Positions 17,918 through 27,542 of a stretch of 64,000 nucleotides of DNA are shown here, in pieces. The DNA comes from Candidatus Omnitrophota bacterium (GTDB taxonomy: Bacteria; Omnitrophota; Gorgyraeia; B26-G9). A model generated the notes under the pieces. That model made no database searches, had not been told where the DNA came from, and was given only the letters and a program-made list of their open reading frames with translations. The stretch covers positions 21,268 to 85,267 of the forward strand of contig JBDRPX010000033.1 in the NCBI GenBank assembly GCA_043826565.1. Direction: 5' to 3'. Each line of letters starts with the position of its first letter. Positions within the stretch are counted from its first letter, which is position 1. A program made the translations under genes and the position numbers.

Positions 17918-17983
17918 ACTTTTTTAAAGTCCGGGATACCCCCTTCAAACTCGGGACATCTTGAGTTTTTTACTATGAAATCT

Positions 17984-18034
17984 AGTCTAAAAGAAAAAAC
18001 TACCCTTGTCAATATTTTTTTATCACCGTATAAT
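17984..18034. promoter_or_regulatory. Divergent promoters sharing overlapping -35 boxes (cas operon / ispH)
   Basis: Minus: TTGACA(18012-18007)-N17-TAGACT(17989-17984). Plus: TTGTCA(18006-18011)-N17-TATAAT(18029-18034). Confidence 0.7.
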
Positions 18035-18051
18035 AGGTATGGTTAAGACAA

Positions 18052-18076
18052 GGGCTAACGCAAAAGCCGCCCCTAC
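18052..18076 (-). repeat. GTAG-type REP
   Basis: Plus strand GGGC..GCCGCCCCTAC. Confidence 0.6.
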
Positions 18077-18105
18077 AAGGTCAGATAAAATTACAGGATA
18101 ACTAT

Positions 18106-18999
18106 ATGAAGATAAATATCGCTAAATCCGCGGGTTTTTGTTTTGGAGTTAAGAACGCTCTAAAAATAGCTCTTAATGCCGCTTCTTCCGGCAAGCATAT
18201 TGATATGCTCGGAGATATTGTCCACAATGAAGCCGTGGTCAAAGATATCCGGAAAACCGGCATAAAAAAAATAGGCAAACTAGGCACGGGAAAAGGAAAA
18301 ACTCTGCTGATCCGCGCGCACGGCGCTGCGCTTAAAACACATCAAAAAGCTAAAGAACTCGGATATGCGATAATTGACGCGACTTGCCCCATGGTCAAAG
18401 AGATCCATAAGCTTGCCAAAGACGCGGAGAAAAAAGGTTATACGGTCATAATTATCGGGGATCAAAAACACGATGAAGTTAAAGGTATTATCGGCCAGCT
18501 TAAAACCAAGCCGATCCTTATCGACAAAATAGAAACTATCCCGGTGTCTAAAATAAAGCAGATCAAAAAAGCCGCGGTTGTTGTGCAGTCTACAAGAAAT
18601 TTAACTAAAACAATTCTTTTAGTCGAAGAAATAAAACAATACATAAAAACAGTTAAATTTTATAACACCATCTGCAACCCCACCCGGATCAAACAAAAAG
18701 AAATGCAGGCTATGCCGCTGGATAATGACCTGATGATCATTATCGGTTCCAAAACCAGCGCCAATACAAAACGTTTATATGAATTATCCAAAACATTAAA
18801 TGAAAAAAGTTATTGGATCCAGTCCAAAAAAGATCTTAAACCTTCCTGGTTTAAAGGCGTAAAAAAGGTCGGCGTTACTTCCGGCGCCTCCACTCCGGAT
18901 AAAACCACTAATGAAGTGGTTTTAGAAATCCAAAGGATTTCTAAACAGTCTCAAGCCACAAGTCTCAAGTCTCAAGCTAAAGACAGTAAAAAAAGGTAA
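18106..18999 (+). CDS. ispH: 4-hydroxy-3-methylbut-2-enyl diphosphate reductase
   Basis: AGFCFGV, IVHN, IRAHG, DATCP.V, H.EV.G, NTIC, SANT, GASTP. Confidence 0.96.
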   Translation: MKINIAKSAGFCFGVKNALKIALNAASSGKHIDMLGDIVHNEAVVKDIRKTGIKKIGKLGTGKGKTLLIRAHGAALKTHQKAKELGYAIIDATCPMVKEIHKLAKDAEKKGYTVIIIGDQKHDEVKGIIGQLKTKPILIDKIETIPVSKIKQIKKAAVVVQSTRNLTKTILLVEEIKQYIKTVKFYNTICNPTRIKQKEMQAMPLDNDLMIIIGSKTSANTKRLYELSKTLNEKSYWIQSKKDLKPSWFKGVKKVGVTSGASTPDKTTNEVVLEIQRISKQSQATSLKSQAKDSKKR

Positions 19000-19220
19000 A
19001 GAAAGTGTCAGCCATTCCAGAACAAGACAAATAATACAATTAAGATTAAATTGCTTGAGTTTTTTGCTTTTTTAATTCTTAATCCTTATCGCTTATTTTT
19101 TACGTCTTTTATGTCAAAACAGCCGCAGGCTGTACGTCGAGGCAAAGACGCACATCATTACGTTCTCCATTACTTCTTTTATTTTGAGTCTTGGGACTTG
19201 AGGCTTGAGACTTGTGACTT
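18947..19220. repeat. Inverted pair of AGTCTCA heptamer arrays
   Basis: 18947-18976 (AGTCTCA-like x4) and 19184-19220 (TTGAGAC-like x5); 26/29 reverse-complement match by manual alignment. Confidence 0.8.
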
Positions 19221-20067
19221 ATCTTTTGTATCTCGATGCCATATAAGAACTGCGCACATAGGGACTGCTTTCGGTATGCAGAAAACCGATTTGCTCAGCT
19301 TTATCTTTGTAGGTTTTAAAAACTTCCGGCCGGATGAATTCCTTGACCGGAAAATGTTTTGTACTCGGAGTCAAGTATTGCCCGATGCTCAGGAAATCAC
19401 AATTAACTTTTTTTAGATCATCTAATACATCCAGGACTTCCTGTTCTGTCTCCCCTATCCCGACCATCAGACCTGACTTCGTGTAAATATCAGGATTAAT
19501 CTTTTTAGCATTCTCTAAAACACTTAGGGAAAGGTCATAGTCCGCGCCATTACGCACATCCGGATATAACCGCGCTACAGTTTCCAGATTATGCGCGAAT
19601 ACTTCCGGCTCTGCCGAAAGTACTTTTTTGATCGAATCCGCATTTCCCTTAAAATCCGGCACCAGAACTTCTACCGCAATATCCCGGTCAATTAAGTGAA
19701 TAGCTCTAATCGTTTCGCTAAACACACTAGCTCCGCCGTCAGGTAAATCATCGCGGGTTACGCTGGTAATTACCACATGCTTTAATCCGAGTTTCTTGAC
19801 TGCCCGGGCTACTCTCTGCGGTTCCTCCGCGTCCAAACCTTCCGGAGTGCCTTTTTTAACATTACAAAACCTGCAATTACGTGTGCAGATATTACCCAAG
19901 ATCAAAAATGTGGCTATCCCTTCGGAGAAACATTCGGAAATATTCGGGCAGAGCGCTTCCCGGCAGATCGTATTTAAGTTCAATTCCTCAAAAAGTCCGT
20001 GCAGTTTCTGACAATCTTTTAAGTTTATTTTTTTATTAAGCCACTCCGGCTTTTTGCGTGTCTGCAT
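19219..20067 (-). CDS. lipA: Lipoyl synthase
   Basis: KPEWL, C.EALCPNISEC, CTRNCRFC, TSVTRDDL.DGGA, HNLETV, VRSSY. Confidence 0.96.
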   Translation of the reverse strand: MQTRKKPEWLNKKINLKDCQKLHGLFEELNLNTICREALCPNISECFSEGIATFLILGNICTRNCRFCNVKKGTPEGLDAEEPQRVARAVKKLGLKHVVITSVTRDDLPDGGASVFSETIRAIHLIDRDIAVEVLVPDFKGNADSIKKVLSAEPEVFAHNLETVARLYPDVRNGADYDLSLSVLENAKKINPDIYTKSGLMVGIGETEQEVLDVLDDLKKVNCDFLSIGQYLTPSTKHFPVKEFIRPEVFKTYKDKAEQIGFLHTESSPYVRSSYMASRYKR

Positions 20068-20872
20068 AAAAATTCCAATCACCGTTAGCGTATTTATTTT
20101 TCCTTAACTCGGCAGCTTTTTGTTTTTCTTCCGCGGTTAATTCTCCCAATGTAAGTTTCAGCCCGAACGTTTCCTGGAAAGAATCGATTAATACTGCGGA
20201 AAATCCGTCAAAATCAATTATCTTTCCGGCCGCGGAACTTAAAGAAACGATCCTTTCTTCTACACCGTCAAGCTCTTCCCGCAAAAACAGCGATACTCTG
20301 TTTAGATCAAGATGCAGCGGAATAGAACCATGTTGAAAAATTATATCTCTTCTTCTTTTTTGCGCGTTGCCGCCGATCTTTCTGCCGGCGATCGTGATAT
20401 CAAAGTCCTGATTTGTCGCGAAACAAAAATCCGAACGTTTCTTTTGCTTGATATCAAAATAATTTTCCCGCTCTTCATCCTCGACGGAAAAACAGGCGTC
20501 CAGACCATGTTTTTTATAAGCCCCTATCAGAAAAGACGCGATAAGCTTAAAACTCTCCTTAACCGATTCCGGCAGTCCCAGGTCATTTTTAGAGCAAATA
20601 ATGCTGTAAGTAAGATCACTCCCGTGATAGATCGCTTCTCCTCCGGTAATCCGGCGGACAAAAAGAACCCCGTGATTAAGACATTGATCGACTTTTAATA
20701 CTTTGTTTGCTTTTTGGAAATATCCTAAGGAAATGCTTTCCGGGCTCCAGCCGTAAATCCTTAAAGTAGGAGAAGATTGCCCCTGGCTATAGCTTTTCAA
20801 TATTGCTTCATCAATAGCCATATTCGTGTAAGGATCTTTACTGCGGGATAATAGTAAACGCCATTTAGTCAT
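20036..20872 (-). CDS. Lipoate-protein ligase A family / LipM-like octanoyltransferase
   Basis: NMAIDEA, LRIYGW, SLGYFQ, VRRITGG.AIYH, KIGGNAQ, QHGSI. Confidence 0.9.
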   Translation of the reverse strand: MTKWRLLLSRSKDPYTNMAIDEAILKSYSQGQSSPTLRIYGWSPESISLGYFQKANKVLKVDQCLNHGVLFVRRITGGEAIYHGSDLTYSIICSKNDLGLPESVKESFKLIASFLIGAYKKHGLDACFSVEDEERENYFDIKQKKRSDFCFATNQDFDITIAGRKIGGNAQKRRRDIIFQHGSIPLHLDLNRVSLFLREELDGVEERIVSLSSAAGKIIDFDGFSAVLIDSFQETFGLKLTLGELTAEEKQKAAELRKNKYANGDWNFYADTQKAGVA

Positions 20873-20883
20873 AATTTAATATA

Positions 20884-20940
20884 ATTGCAAATTGCAGATT
20901 CCAGATTGCATATTAAAAATAAAATTTGTAATATGCGATT
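20884..20940. repeat. ATTGCAG heptamer array
   Basis: ATTGCAA ATTGCAG ATTCCAG ATTGCAT; inverted partner at 24140-24163. Confidence 0.7.
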
Positions 20941-22387
20941 ATTTTTTCCACCTGAGATTGAGTTCCCGGGCGGCTTTGGTCTCGTCGAGCCTTTTTACCG
21001 GAGTGTTTATCGGAGCATCCCTCAGCTGCTGCGGATCTTCTTTAGCCAGCGTAGCTATTTCGATCATTATTTCAATGAAATTATCCAGGGTCTCCTTTGA
21101 TTCTGTTTCTGTCGGTTCGATCATCAGCGCTTCCTTGACGATCAGCGGAAAATAAACTGTCGGCGGATGAATTCCCTTATCAATTAATTTTTTGGCAATA
21201 TCCAGAGCGCTGACCCCATTTTCTTTTTGGTCAGAAGCGGAAAGCACAAATTCGTGCATACATATCTTATCATAAGGCAGTTTAAAATATTTCTTCAGTA
21301 AAACCCGGCAGTAATTCGCGCTTAAGACCGCGTTCTCGGAAACTTCGATTAATCCGGTTTTACCTAAAAGCATTATATAAGCAAAACTTTTAAGGATAAC
21401 GCTGAAATTTCCGTTAAAAGCCGCCATAAAACCTATTGATTTAGGCCGCTTATAATGTAATGCGTATGTCCCGTCAGCCCGCTTAACCACCCGCGGGATC
21501 GGCAAAAGATCTTTTAATTTATCACATACTCCCACCGGGCCCGCACCAGGCCCTCCGCCGCCATGCGGAGTAGCAAAGGTCTTATGAAGATTGACATGTA
21601 CAATATCAAAACCAATATCCCCGGGCCGGGCTTTGCCCATAATCGCATTAAGATTAGCTCCGTCATAATAGACTAATGCTCCCACTTTATGCGCCGCGTC
21701 ACAAATCTCTTTTATATGCGGATTAAAAAGTCCCAATGTATTCGGACAGGTCAGCATTACCGCGGCGATATTCTCATCCAGTTTTTCCTTAAATAAAGTC
21801 AGATCCATATATCCTTCTTTATCCGTAGGGATAACAATAACCTCAAATCCGGCGATGGCCGCGCTGGCCGGATTAGTTCCGTGTGAAGAATCAGGAACAA
21901 TAACAAATTTACGTTTTTCTCCCTTATGGCGGTGATAGGCGGCAATAATCATTGCTCCGGTAAGCTCGCCGTGCGCTCCGGCCAAAGGCTGCATCGTGAA
22001 AGCATCCATTCCGGTGATCTCACAAAGCAGGAGTTCTGTTTTATACACAACTTCCAAGGAACCTTGTGCCAGCATCCCTCCCCCGATCAACTGGGGAAGC
22101 AAGGGATGCATATTTAAAAATCCCTCCAGCTTGGCGATCTTTTCCGTAAACTTAGGATTATATTTCATGGTACAGGAACCCAGCGGATAAAAATTTGTAT
22201 CCACGGAAAAATTCAGCTTAGAAAGGTTGGAATAATGACGGACCACATCCAATTCCGAAACTTCCGGAAGTTCCGCATCATATTTTCGGGCATAGTCCTT
22301 GGGAAATTTTGCATAATCCTGGGGACACCCTTTAGGCATTTTAACACCTTTACGCCCTTTAACACTTTTCTCAAATATTAATCGCAT
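20939..22387 (-). CDS. gcvPB: Glycine dehydrogenase (decarboxylating) subunit 2
   Basis: YPLGSCTMKYNP, QPLAGAHGE, HGTNPAS, NLHKTFATPHGGGGPG, MIEPTETESKE. Confidence 0.97.
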   Translation of the reverse strand: MRLIFEKSVKGRKGVKMPKGCPQDYAKFPKDYARKYDAELPEVSELDVVRHYSNLSKLNFSVDTNFYPLGSCTMKYNPKFTEKIAKLEGFLNMHPLLPQLIGGGMLAQGSLEVVYKTELLLCEITGMDAFTMQPLAGAHGELTGAMIIAAYHRHKGEKRKFVIVPDSSHGTNPASAAIAGFEVIVIPTDKEGYMDLTLFKEKLDENIAAVMLTCPNTLGLFNPHIKEICDAAHKVGALVYYDGANLNAIMGKARPGDIGFDIVHVNLHKTFATPHGGGGPGAGPVGVCDKLKDLLPIPRVVKRADGTYALHYKRPKSIGFMAAFNGNFSVILKSFAYIMLLGKTGLIEVSENAVLSANYCRVLLKKYFKLPYDKICMHEFVLSASDQKENGVSALDIAKKLIDKGIHPPTVYFPLIVKEALMIEPTETESKETLDNFIEIMIEIATLAKEDPQQLRDAPINTPVKRLDETKAARELNLRWKK

Positions 22388-23715
22388 AGAACCGCCTCTA
22401 AGCTTTGCGCGAATTTCATTATTTCTTCTTTTGTTCGCTTTTCCGTAACCGTAACCAAAAGGTAATTATCCATTCCCTTATAAAATCTCCCCAAAGGAAA
22501 GCCGCAGGCAAAACCTTTATCAACCATCCGGCTGACCACTTCATTAGCATCTTTTGTCAAAAGAACCGTAAATTCATTAAAAGTAGGAGAACTTCTTTTA
22601 ACCGTAACTCCGGGGATCTTATCCAAAACTTCTTTGGTAAACTCACTGGTCTGATAAATCGTCGTGGCCAATTTTTTAAGCCCTTGCTTACCCAAAAGAG
22701 ATATATAAATCACCGCGCGCAAGGCGCACAAAGCTTCATTAGAACAAATATTTGAAGTCGCCTTCTCTCTCCGGATATGCTGCTCCCGGGTTTGCAAAGT
22801 AAGCACAAATCCGCTTTTTCCGTCTTTATCTTCAGTTTTGCCGACAATCCTTCCCGGTATCTTTCGCACATATTTCTGATTAGCAGCCATGAATCCCAGA
22901 TAAGGCCCTCCGGAAGAAAGCGGCAGCCCCAGGCTTTGTCCTTCTCCGGTAGCAATATCAATCCCCATTTCTCCGGGAGTTTTTAATAATCCCAAGGCAA
23001 TCGGATAAACTGATTGCACAACCAAAGCTCCGCACTCATGCGCTTTTTTTACAATATCAGTAAAGTCATCGATAACTCCGAAAAAATTCGGATTTTGCAC
23101 AACGATTGCCGCTGTCTTATCATCCAGATATTTATAAATCTCTTCCCGGGAACTCTGTCCATGCTCAACCGGAGTTTCCACAAATTCAACATCAAGATTC
23201 TTCGTATAAGAATAAAGCATGCTTCGATATAAAAGATTTACTCCGCTGTCTACAATTATCTTGCGTCTGCCGGTTGCCCGTACCGCGATCATTGCCGCCT
23301 CATAAAGCGCTGTCCCGCCGTCATACATGGAAGCATTGGCAACATCTAAGCCCGTAAGTTCACATAAAACACTCTGATATTCATAGACTGATTGCAGCCA
23401 GCCCTGAGAACATTCCGGCTGATAGGGAGTATACGCGGTATAGAACTCGGCCCGGTCCACTAATGCATCAACCGCTGCCGGAATATAATGATCGTAAAAA
23501 CCGCCGCCCAGAAAACAACTAAGTTCTGTAGCATTCTTAGAAGCAATTTTCTTAAACTGCTCAATTACTTCAAACTCGGATTTTCCTTCCGGGATATTAA
23601 AAGATTTCGCTCTTAACTCCGGGGTGATATCTTTGAAAAGCCCTTCTATATCGGAAACACCGATAGTCTTGAGCATTACGCTTAATTGTTCCTGCGTATG
23701 AGGGACATAGCTCAT
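22378..23715 (-). CDS. gcvPA: Glycine dehydrogenase (decarboxylating) subunit 1
   Basis: EFYTAYTPYQPE.SQG, NASMYDG, GGPYLG, LQTREQHIRREKATSNIC. Confidence 0.97.
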   Translation of the reverse strand: MSYVPHTQEQLSVMLKTIGVSDIEGLFKDITPELRAKSFNIPEGKSEFEVIEQFKKIASKNATELSCFLGGGFYDHYIPAAVDALVDRAEFYTAYTPYQPECSQGWLQSVYEYQSVLCELTGLDVANASMYDGGTALYEAAMIAVRATGRRKIIVDSGVNLLYRSMLYSYTKNLDVEFVETPVEHGQSSREEIYKYLDDKTAAIVVQNPNFFGVIDDFTDIVKKAHECGALVVQSVYPIALGLLKTPGEMGIDIATGEGQSLGLPLSSGGPYLGFMAANQKYVRKIPGRIVGKTEDKDGKSGFVLTLQTREQHIRREKATSNICSNEALCALRAVIYISLLGKQGLKKLATTIYQTSEFTKEVLDKIPGVTVKRSSPTFNEFTVLLTKDANEVVSRMVDKGFACGFPLGRFYKGMDNYLLVTVTEKRTKEEIMKFAQSLEAVLCD

Positions 23716-24101
23716 GCCGCGCTCTCCTTTAAATATTCCTGATACTTCGTCAGATTCATGAGATTATCTTTTTCACCTTCATCAGAGAGTTCAATTACGA
23801 CAAACCATCCTTTTTCATAGGGGTCCTGGTTAATCATTTCCGGAGAGTTTTGGACATCATCATTTACCTTAACTATTTTTCCGGACATCGGCGCATAAAC
23901 ATCAGAGGCCGCTTTAACCGATTCAACTGTGGCAAACTGCTCAAACTGTTTACAAATATCTCCGACTTTAGGCAGTTCGATAAATGTAATATCTCCGAGT
24001 GAAGATTGAGCATAATCATCAATACCCATGGTCGCGCGTTTACCTTCGATCTTTACCCATTCATGTTCTTTTGTATACAATAAATTTTCCGGTATGTTCA
24101 T
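23712..24101 (-). CDS. gcvH: Glycine cleavage system H protein
   Basis: YTKEHEW, LGDI.F.ELP, VESVKAASD (lipoyl-Lys), IN.DPY..GW. Confidence 0.97.
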   Translation of the reverse strand: MNIPENLLYTKEHEWVKIEGKRATMGIDDYAQSSLGDITFIELPKVGDICKQFEQFATVESVKAASDVYAPMSGKIVKVNDDVQNSPEMINQDPYEKGWFVVIELSDEGEKDNLMNLTKYQEYLKESAA

Positions 24102-24132
24102 TATTTCTTCCTCCAATATTCAATTTTCCTAT

Positions 24133-24163
24133 TATTTGCAATATGCAATTTGTAATCTGCAAT
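24133..24163. repeat. TGCAAT heptamer array (inverse of 20891-20914)
   Basis: AATATGCAATTTGTAATCTGCAAT; 22/24 match to the reverse complement of 20891-20914. Confidence 0.7.
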
Positions 24164-24167
24164 ATTT

Positions 24168-25256
24168 TTATGCGCGCGCCGTTCCTTGTTTATAAAAAGG
24201 CCGGTCAACTATCTTGGCGTTAAGTGTTATCGGGCCTTCTTTTAAAATAATCTCATTCCCGATCCGGCTATATTCTTTTTGCACATATCCCATGCCGATG
24301 CCGCAGGAAAGGCTCGGAGAAAACGACCCGCTGGTTACAATTCCTATTTTTTCCTCACCCTTATATATATTATAATCATGCCGGGGAGCACGGCGTGATT
24401 CCGTAATAAAACAGCATAATTTTTTTTCGCTATCCGGATCAATCTTTTCCATAAGCCGGCCTTTTCCGATAAAATCCTTACTAAGATCAATGAATTTCTC
24501 AAGTCCCGCATCCAGAGGATTAGTTTGCTTATTAATATCCTGTCCATATAAAGGATAGCTCATCTCCAGACGAAGCGTATCCCGCGCTCCTAATCCGGCG
24601 GGTTTAACTCTCCCGTCCTGTAAAAGCATTTCCCATAATTGAACTACTTTTTCATTGGAAATATACAATTCATATCCGAGTTCTCCGGTATATCCGGTCC
24701 GGCTGATAATTATTTCCTCTCCCAGTACAGAAAATTTCCCAAACGAATAGTATTTTAGAGAAGCGATCCCATCCCCGGCAATAGCCGATAATACATCCCG
24801 GGAACACGGCCCCTGCAGATCAAGCTTTGCCAACTTAGGGGAAAGGTTCTCAATTTCAAACTTCTCCGGGATATTCATCCTCAAATGTAAAAGGTCAGTA
24901 TCTGTTGTTGCCGCATTCACAACCAGCATATATTTGTCCGGCTCAATCTTATAAATAATCACATCATCCATAATCCCGCCATTTTCATCAAGAATAAACC
25001 CGTAACGGCAGCTGCTGCATTCGATTTTCTTGATATTAAGCGTAATTATTTTTTCCAGATTATTTTCATCGGGATTCCCATGGATAATAAATTCACCCAT
25101 ATGGCAAATGTCAAACAGTGAACAGGAACTGCGCGTCCAATTATGCTCGGCGATTATTCCGGTGTATTGGATCGGCATAAGCCACCCCCCAAAAGGCGCA
25201 AGTTTTGCGCCTAACTCTTTATGCTCTTCAATTAAAGGGGTATTTTTCCAACTCAT
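24168..25256 (-). CDS. gcvT: Aminomethyltransferase (T protein)
   Basis: FGGWLMPIQY, LFDICHMGE, SRTGYTGELGYE, GLGARDTLRLE, VTSGSFSPSL. Confidence 0.97.
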   Translation of the reverse strand: MSWKNTPLIEEHKELGAKLAPFGGWLMPIQYTGIIAEHNWTRSSCSLFDICHMGEFIIHGNPDENNLEKIITLNIKKIECSSCRYGFILDENGGIMDDVIIYKIEPDKYMLVVNAATTDTDLLHLRMNIPEKFEIENLSPKLAKLDLQGPCSRDVLSAIAGDGIASLKYYSFGKFSVLGEEIIISRTGYTGELGYELYISNEKVVQLWEMLLQDGRVKPAGLGARDTLRLEMSYPLYGQDINKQTNPLDAGLEKFIDLSKDFIGKGRLMEKIDPDSEKKLCCFITESRRAPRHDYNIYKGEEKIGIVTSGSFSPSLSCGIGMGYVQKEYSRIGNEIILKEGPITLNAKIVDRPFYKQGTARA

Positions 25257-25401
25257 TTAAAAAAGTTTTCCTAATTTCCTGGTTTTATCAGACGGATGTT
25301 TAGTTTATCATAATCAGCTGTCTATTTCAAGCGTTTTCCGCAGTCTCACGAATCATCATATTTGTTTATAACTTACTATAAATACATTAGTTAGGCTTAT
25401 T

Positions 25402-27030
25402 TTATTCCTGATTTTTAAGCATCTTTTTTGCCTTTATAATATTTATTTCAGCCGGAACATAATCCGGGTCATATTCTATTATTTTCTTCCACACTTCAAT
25501 AGCCTGGACCAATTCTCCCTTTTTTGCATAAGTAATCCCCAGGTTATTATAGGCCTTTACATATCCGGGTAAAACCTCGATTGCTTTTTTTAAAGCTTCA
25601 ATTGATTTGTCATACTCTTTATTGGTCCCATAAAGAACACCGATAAGACATAAAGCTTCCGGATAATCCGGATTAATCTTCAGCGTTTCTTTAGCCTGCT
25701 CCATAGCCTTATCATATTGACCATCCCGGTAATACGCCAGGGCCAGATTACAATTTGTTCTGTCGATATTCCACTGGCCGGAATATTCTATGGTTTTCTT
25801 GTAAAATTCTATCTCATTACTCCAATCGGAATTTCTCCGTATTGTAGCAATAGAAAGGGATAAAAGAAACGCGGTCAGCAAAAGAACAGCCCCGCCTCTA
25901 AAAACATACCTTTTGGATTTAATCGACTTATCTATAAAAAAAGCAATAATAACAAAAAAGCCGACCGAAGGCAGATACAGCCAGTGCTCGGCCTGGGCAG
26001 CGTTTACCGGAATAATATTTAATGTCGGGAATAATAAAAGAAAAAACCACAATGTGAAGAAAAACAAAAGTTTTGAATATTGTCTAAGAGCCGCTACGGC
26101 CGCACCAATAACACAAAGTATTAGTCCCGGGATAATAACTTCAACGCAGAGGAATGATTCTACCCAAGGCACATAGCGGTCTATATGTAACTTCACCGGA
26201 AAAATAAGTAACCATATATATGATATAATTATCTTAGGAACAGTAAGCAGTCTCAAAGATAAACCCTCACCATGTGTTGATGCATCCGGACCGGTGAACC
26301 ACAAAAAAGACAATCTTAAATATAAATACCCCCCCAAAAACAGGAAAAACAAAAAATACCCGGGGAATCTTCTTGTTTCTTTTTTTTCCTGCGGAAAACA
26401 GTATTCATATAACATTAACAAAAACGGAAAGATCAGTGATATTTCTTTCGACAACAAGGCACACACAAAACAGACAATCGAGATAACATTAAAAAATGTC
26501 TTTTCTTTACTCCTCTCACGTATATCCCGGGACCGGATATACGCGATCAACCCGGTAAGCATAAAAAACGCCGCCATCGGATCAGCCCGGCCGGAGATAT
26601 AAGTCACGGCCTGAGTATGGATAGGATGCACAGCAAATAATAGTCCGGTCATAAAAGACAGTTTTTTGTTTTTTGACATCATCCATATCAACATATAAAC
26701 CAATATCGAGTTAAAAAGATGTAATAACATATTGGTTAAATGATAGCCAAAAGCATTATATTGCCAAAAAGAATAATCAAGCATATAGGAAAGAACCTGC
26801 AGCGGGCGATAAAAATTAGTTATCTGCGGAGAAAAATGAAATAAATCCGTAGTGAAAACATGTAAAATGGAATTCCACTGGGTGATAAAGACGTTTTCAA
26901 TTATATGGGGGTAATCATCCAGGATAAATCCATTCCCCAGGGAATTAGAATAAACAAGCATGACCGCAGCAACTATCAATAAGATAAATTTCAAATGCTG
27001 CCGGGTTATTTCTGCAGAGTGAAAAGACAT
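25402..27030 (-). CDS. TMTC-like GT-C membrane glycosyltransferase with C-terminal TPRs
   Basis: FILDD, YRPL, LFAVHPIHTQAVTYISGRAD, LLSKE, AEHWLYLPS, followed by TPR repeats. Confidence 0.85.
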   Translation of the reverse strand: MSFHSAEITRQHLKFILLIVAAVMLVYSNSLGNGFILDDYPHIIENVFITQWNSILHVFTTDLFHFSPQITNFYRPLQVLSYMLDYSFWQYNAFGYHLTNMLLHLFNSILVYMLIWMMSKNKKLSFMTGLLFAVHPIHTQAVTYISGRADPMAAFFMLTGLIAYIRSRDIRERSKEKTFFNVISIVCFVCALLSKEISLIFPFLLMLYEYCFPQEKKETRRFPGYFLFFLFLGGYLYLRLSFLWFTGPDASTHGEGLSLRLLTVPKIIISYIWLLIFPVKLHIDRYVPWVESFLCVEVIIPGLILCVIGAAVAALRQYSKLLFFFTLWFFLLLFPTLNIIPVNAAQAEHWLYLPSVGFFVIIAFFIDKSIKSKRYVFRGGAVLLLTAFLLSLSIATIRRNSDWSNEIEFYKKTIEYSGQWNIDRTNCNLALAYYRDGQYDKAMEQAKETLKINPDYPEALCLIGVLYGTNKEYDKSIEALKKAIEVLPGYVKAYNNLGITYAKKGELVQAIEVWKKIIEYDPDYVPAEINIIKAKKMLKNQE

Positions 27031-27046
27031 TATTCAAATCCGGGGG

Positions 27047-27490
27047 TTAAGAAGATAATTTATTTTTAACCAATTCACTTGTTTTCTTAGCATCAGCTCT
27101 TACTCCCACTTTTGCCAAGACCTCTTTCATTACTTTTCCCATATCCTTTATAGATACGGCCCCAACATCAGTAACCGCCTGATTTATAACCGCCAGCAGT
27201 TCATCATCGGCTAAAGGCTGTGGAAGATATTCATCAAGCATCGTTATTTCTTTTTTCGCCTGAGCAGAAAGCTCCGGCTTGCCTCCGGCAGTACTTTCTA
27301 CTGTCTCTTGCAGCTGTTTCTTTTGCTTTTTAAGCGCGGACAAGACATCTTCATCGGCAAGCTTTTCTTTTTTATTATTAATCGCTATATTTTTCAGATC
27401 AGCCCGGACAAAACTCAAAAATCCGGACTTTTCCTTATCCCGGCTTTTAAGCGCTTTCACATAGTCATTATAAATTTTTTCTTCCAGCAT
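27047..27490 (-). CDS. GatB/YqeY domain protein
   Basis: ALKSRDK, EI..L.EYLPQPL, DMGKVM. Confidence 0.9.
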   Translation of the reverse strand: MLEEKIYNDYVKALKSRDKEKSGFLSFVRADLKNIAINNKKEKLADEDVLSALKKQKKQLQETVESTAGGKPELSAQAKKEITMLDEYLPQPLADDELLAVINQAVTDVGAVSIKDMGKVMKEVLAKVGVRADAKKTSELVKNKLSS

Positions 27491-27542
27491 AGTTTTTGTA
27501 TTATAACACATCATTTAAACAGACTCAATAAATCTTACATAC

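Noticed and set aside
19051-19416. 121-aa ORF and a possible c-di-GMP riboswitch (GGCAAA..GACGCA) near 19117-19152
   Set aside because: The ORF is antisense to lipA and crosses repeats. The GAAA-tetraloop stem of the riboswitch is missing and the site lies between convergent genes.
25257-25401. Glycine riboswitch upstream of gcvT
   Set aside because: No GGAGA/CCGAAG/CTCTCAGG motifs; only a TTGAAA-N17-TAAACT promoter with a short leader.
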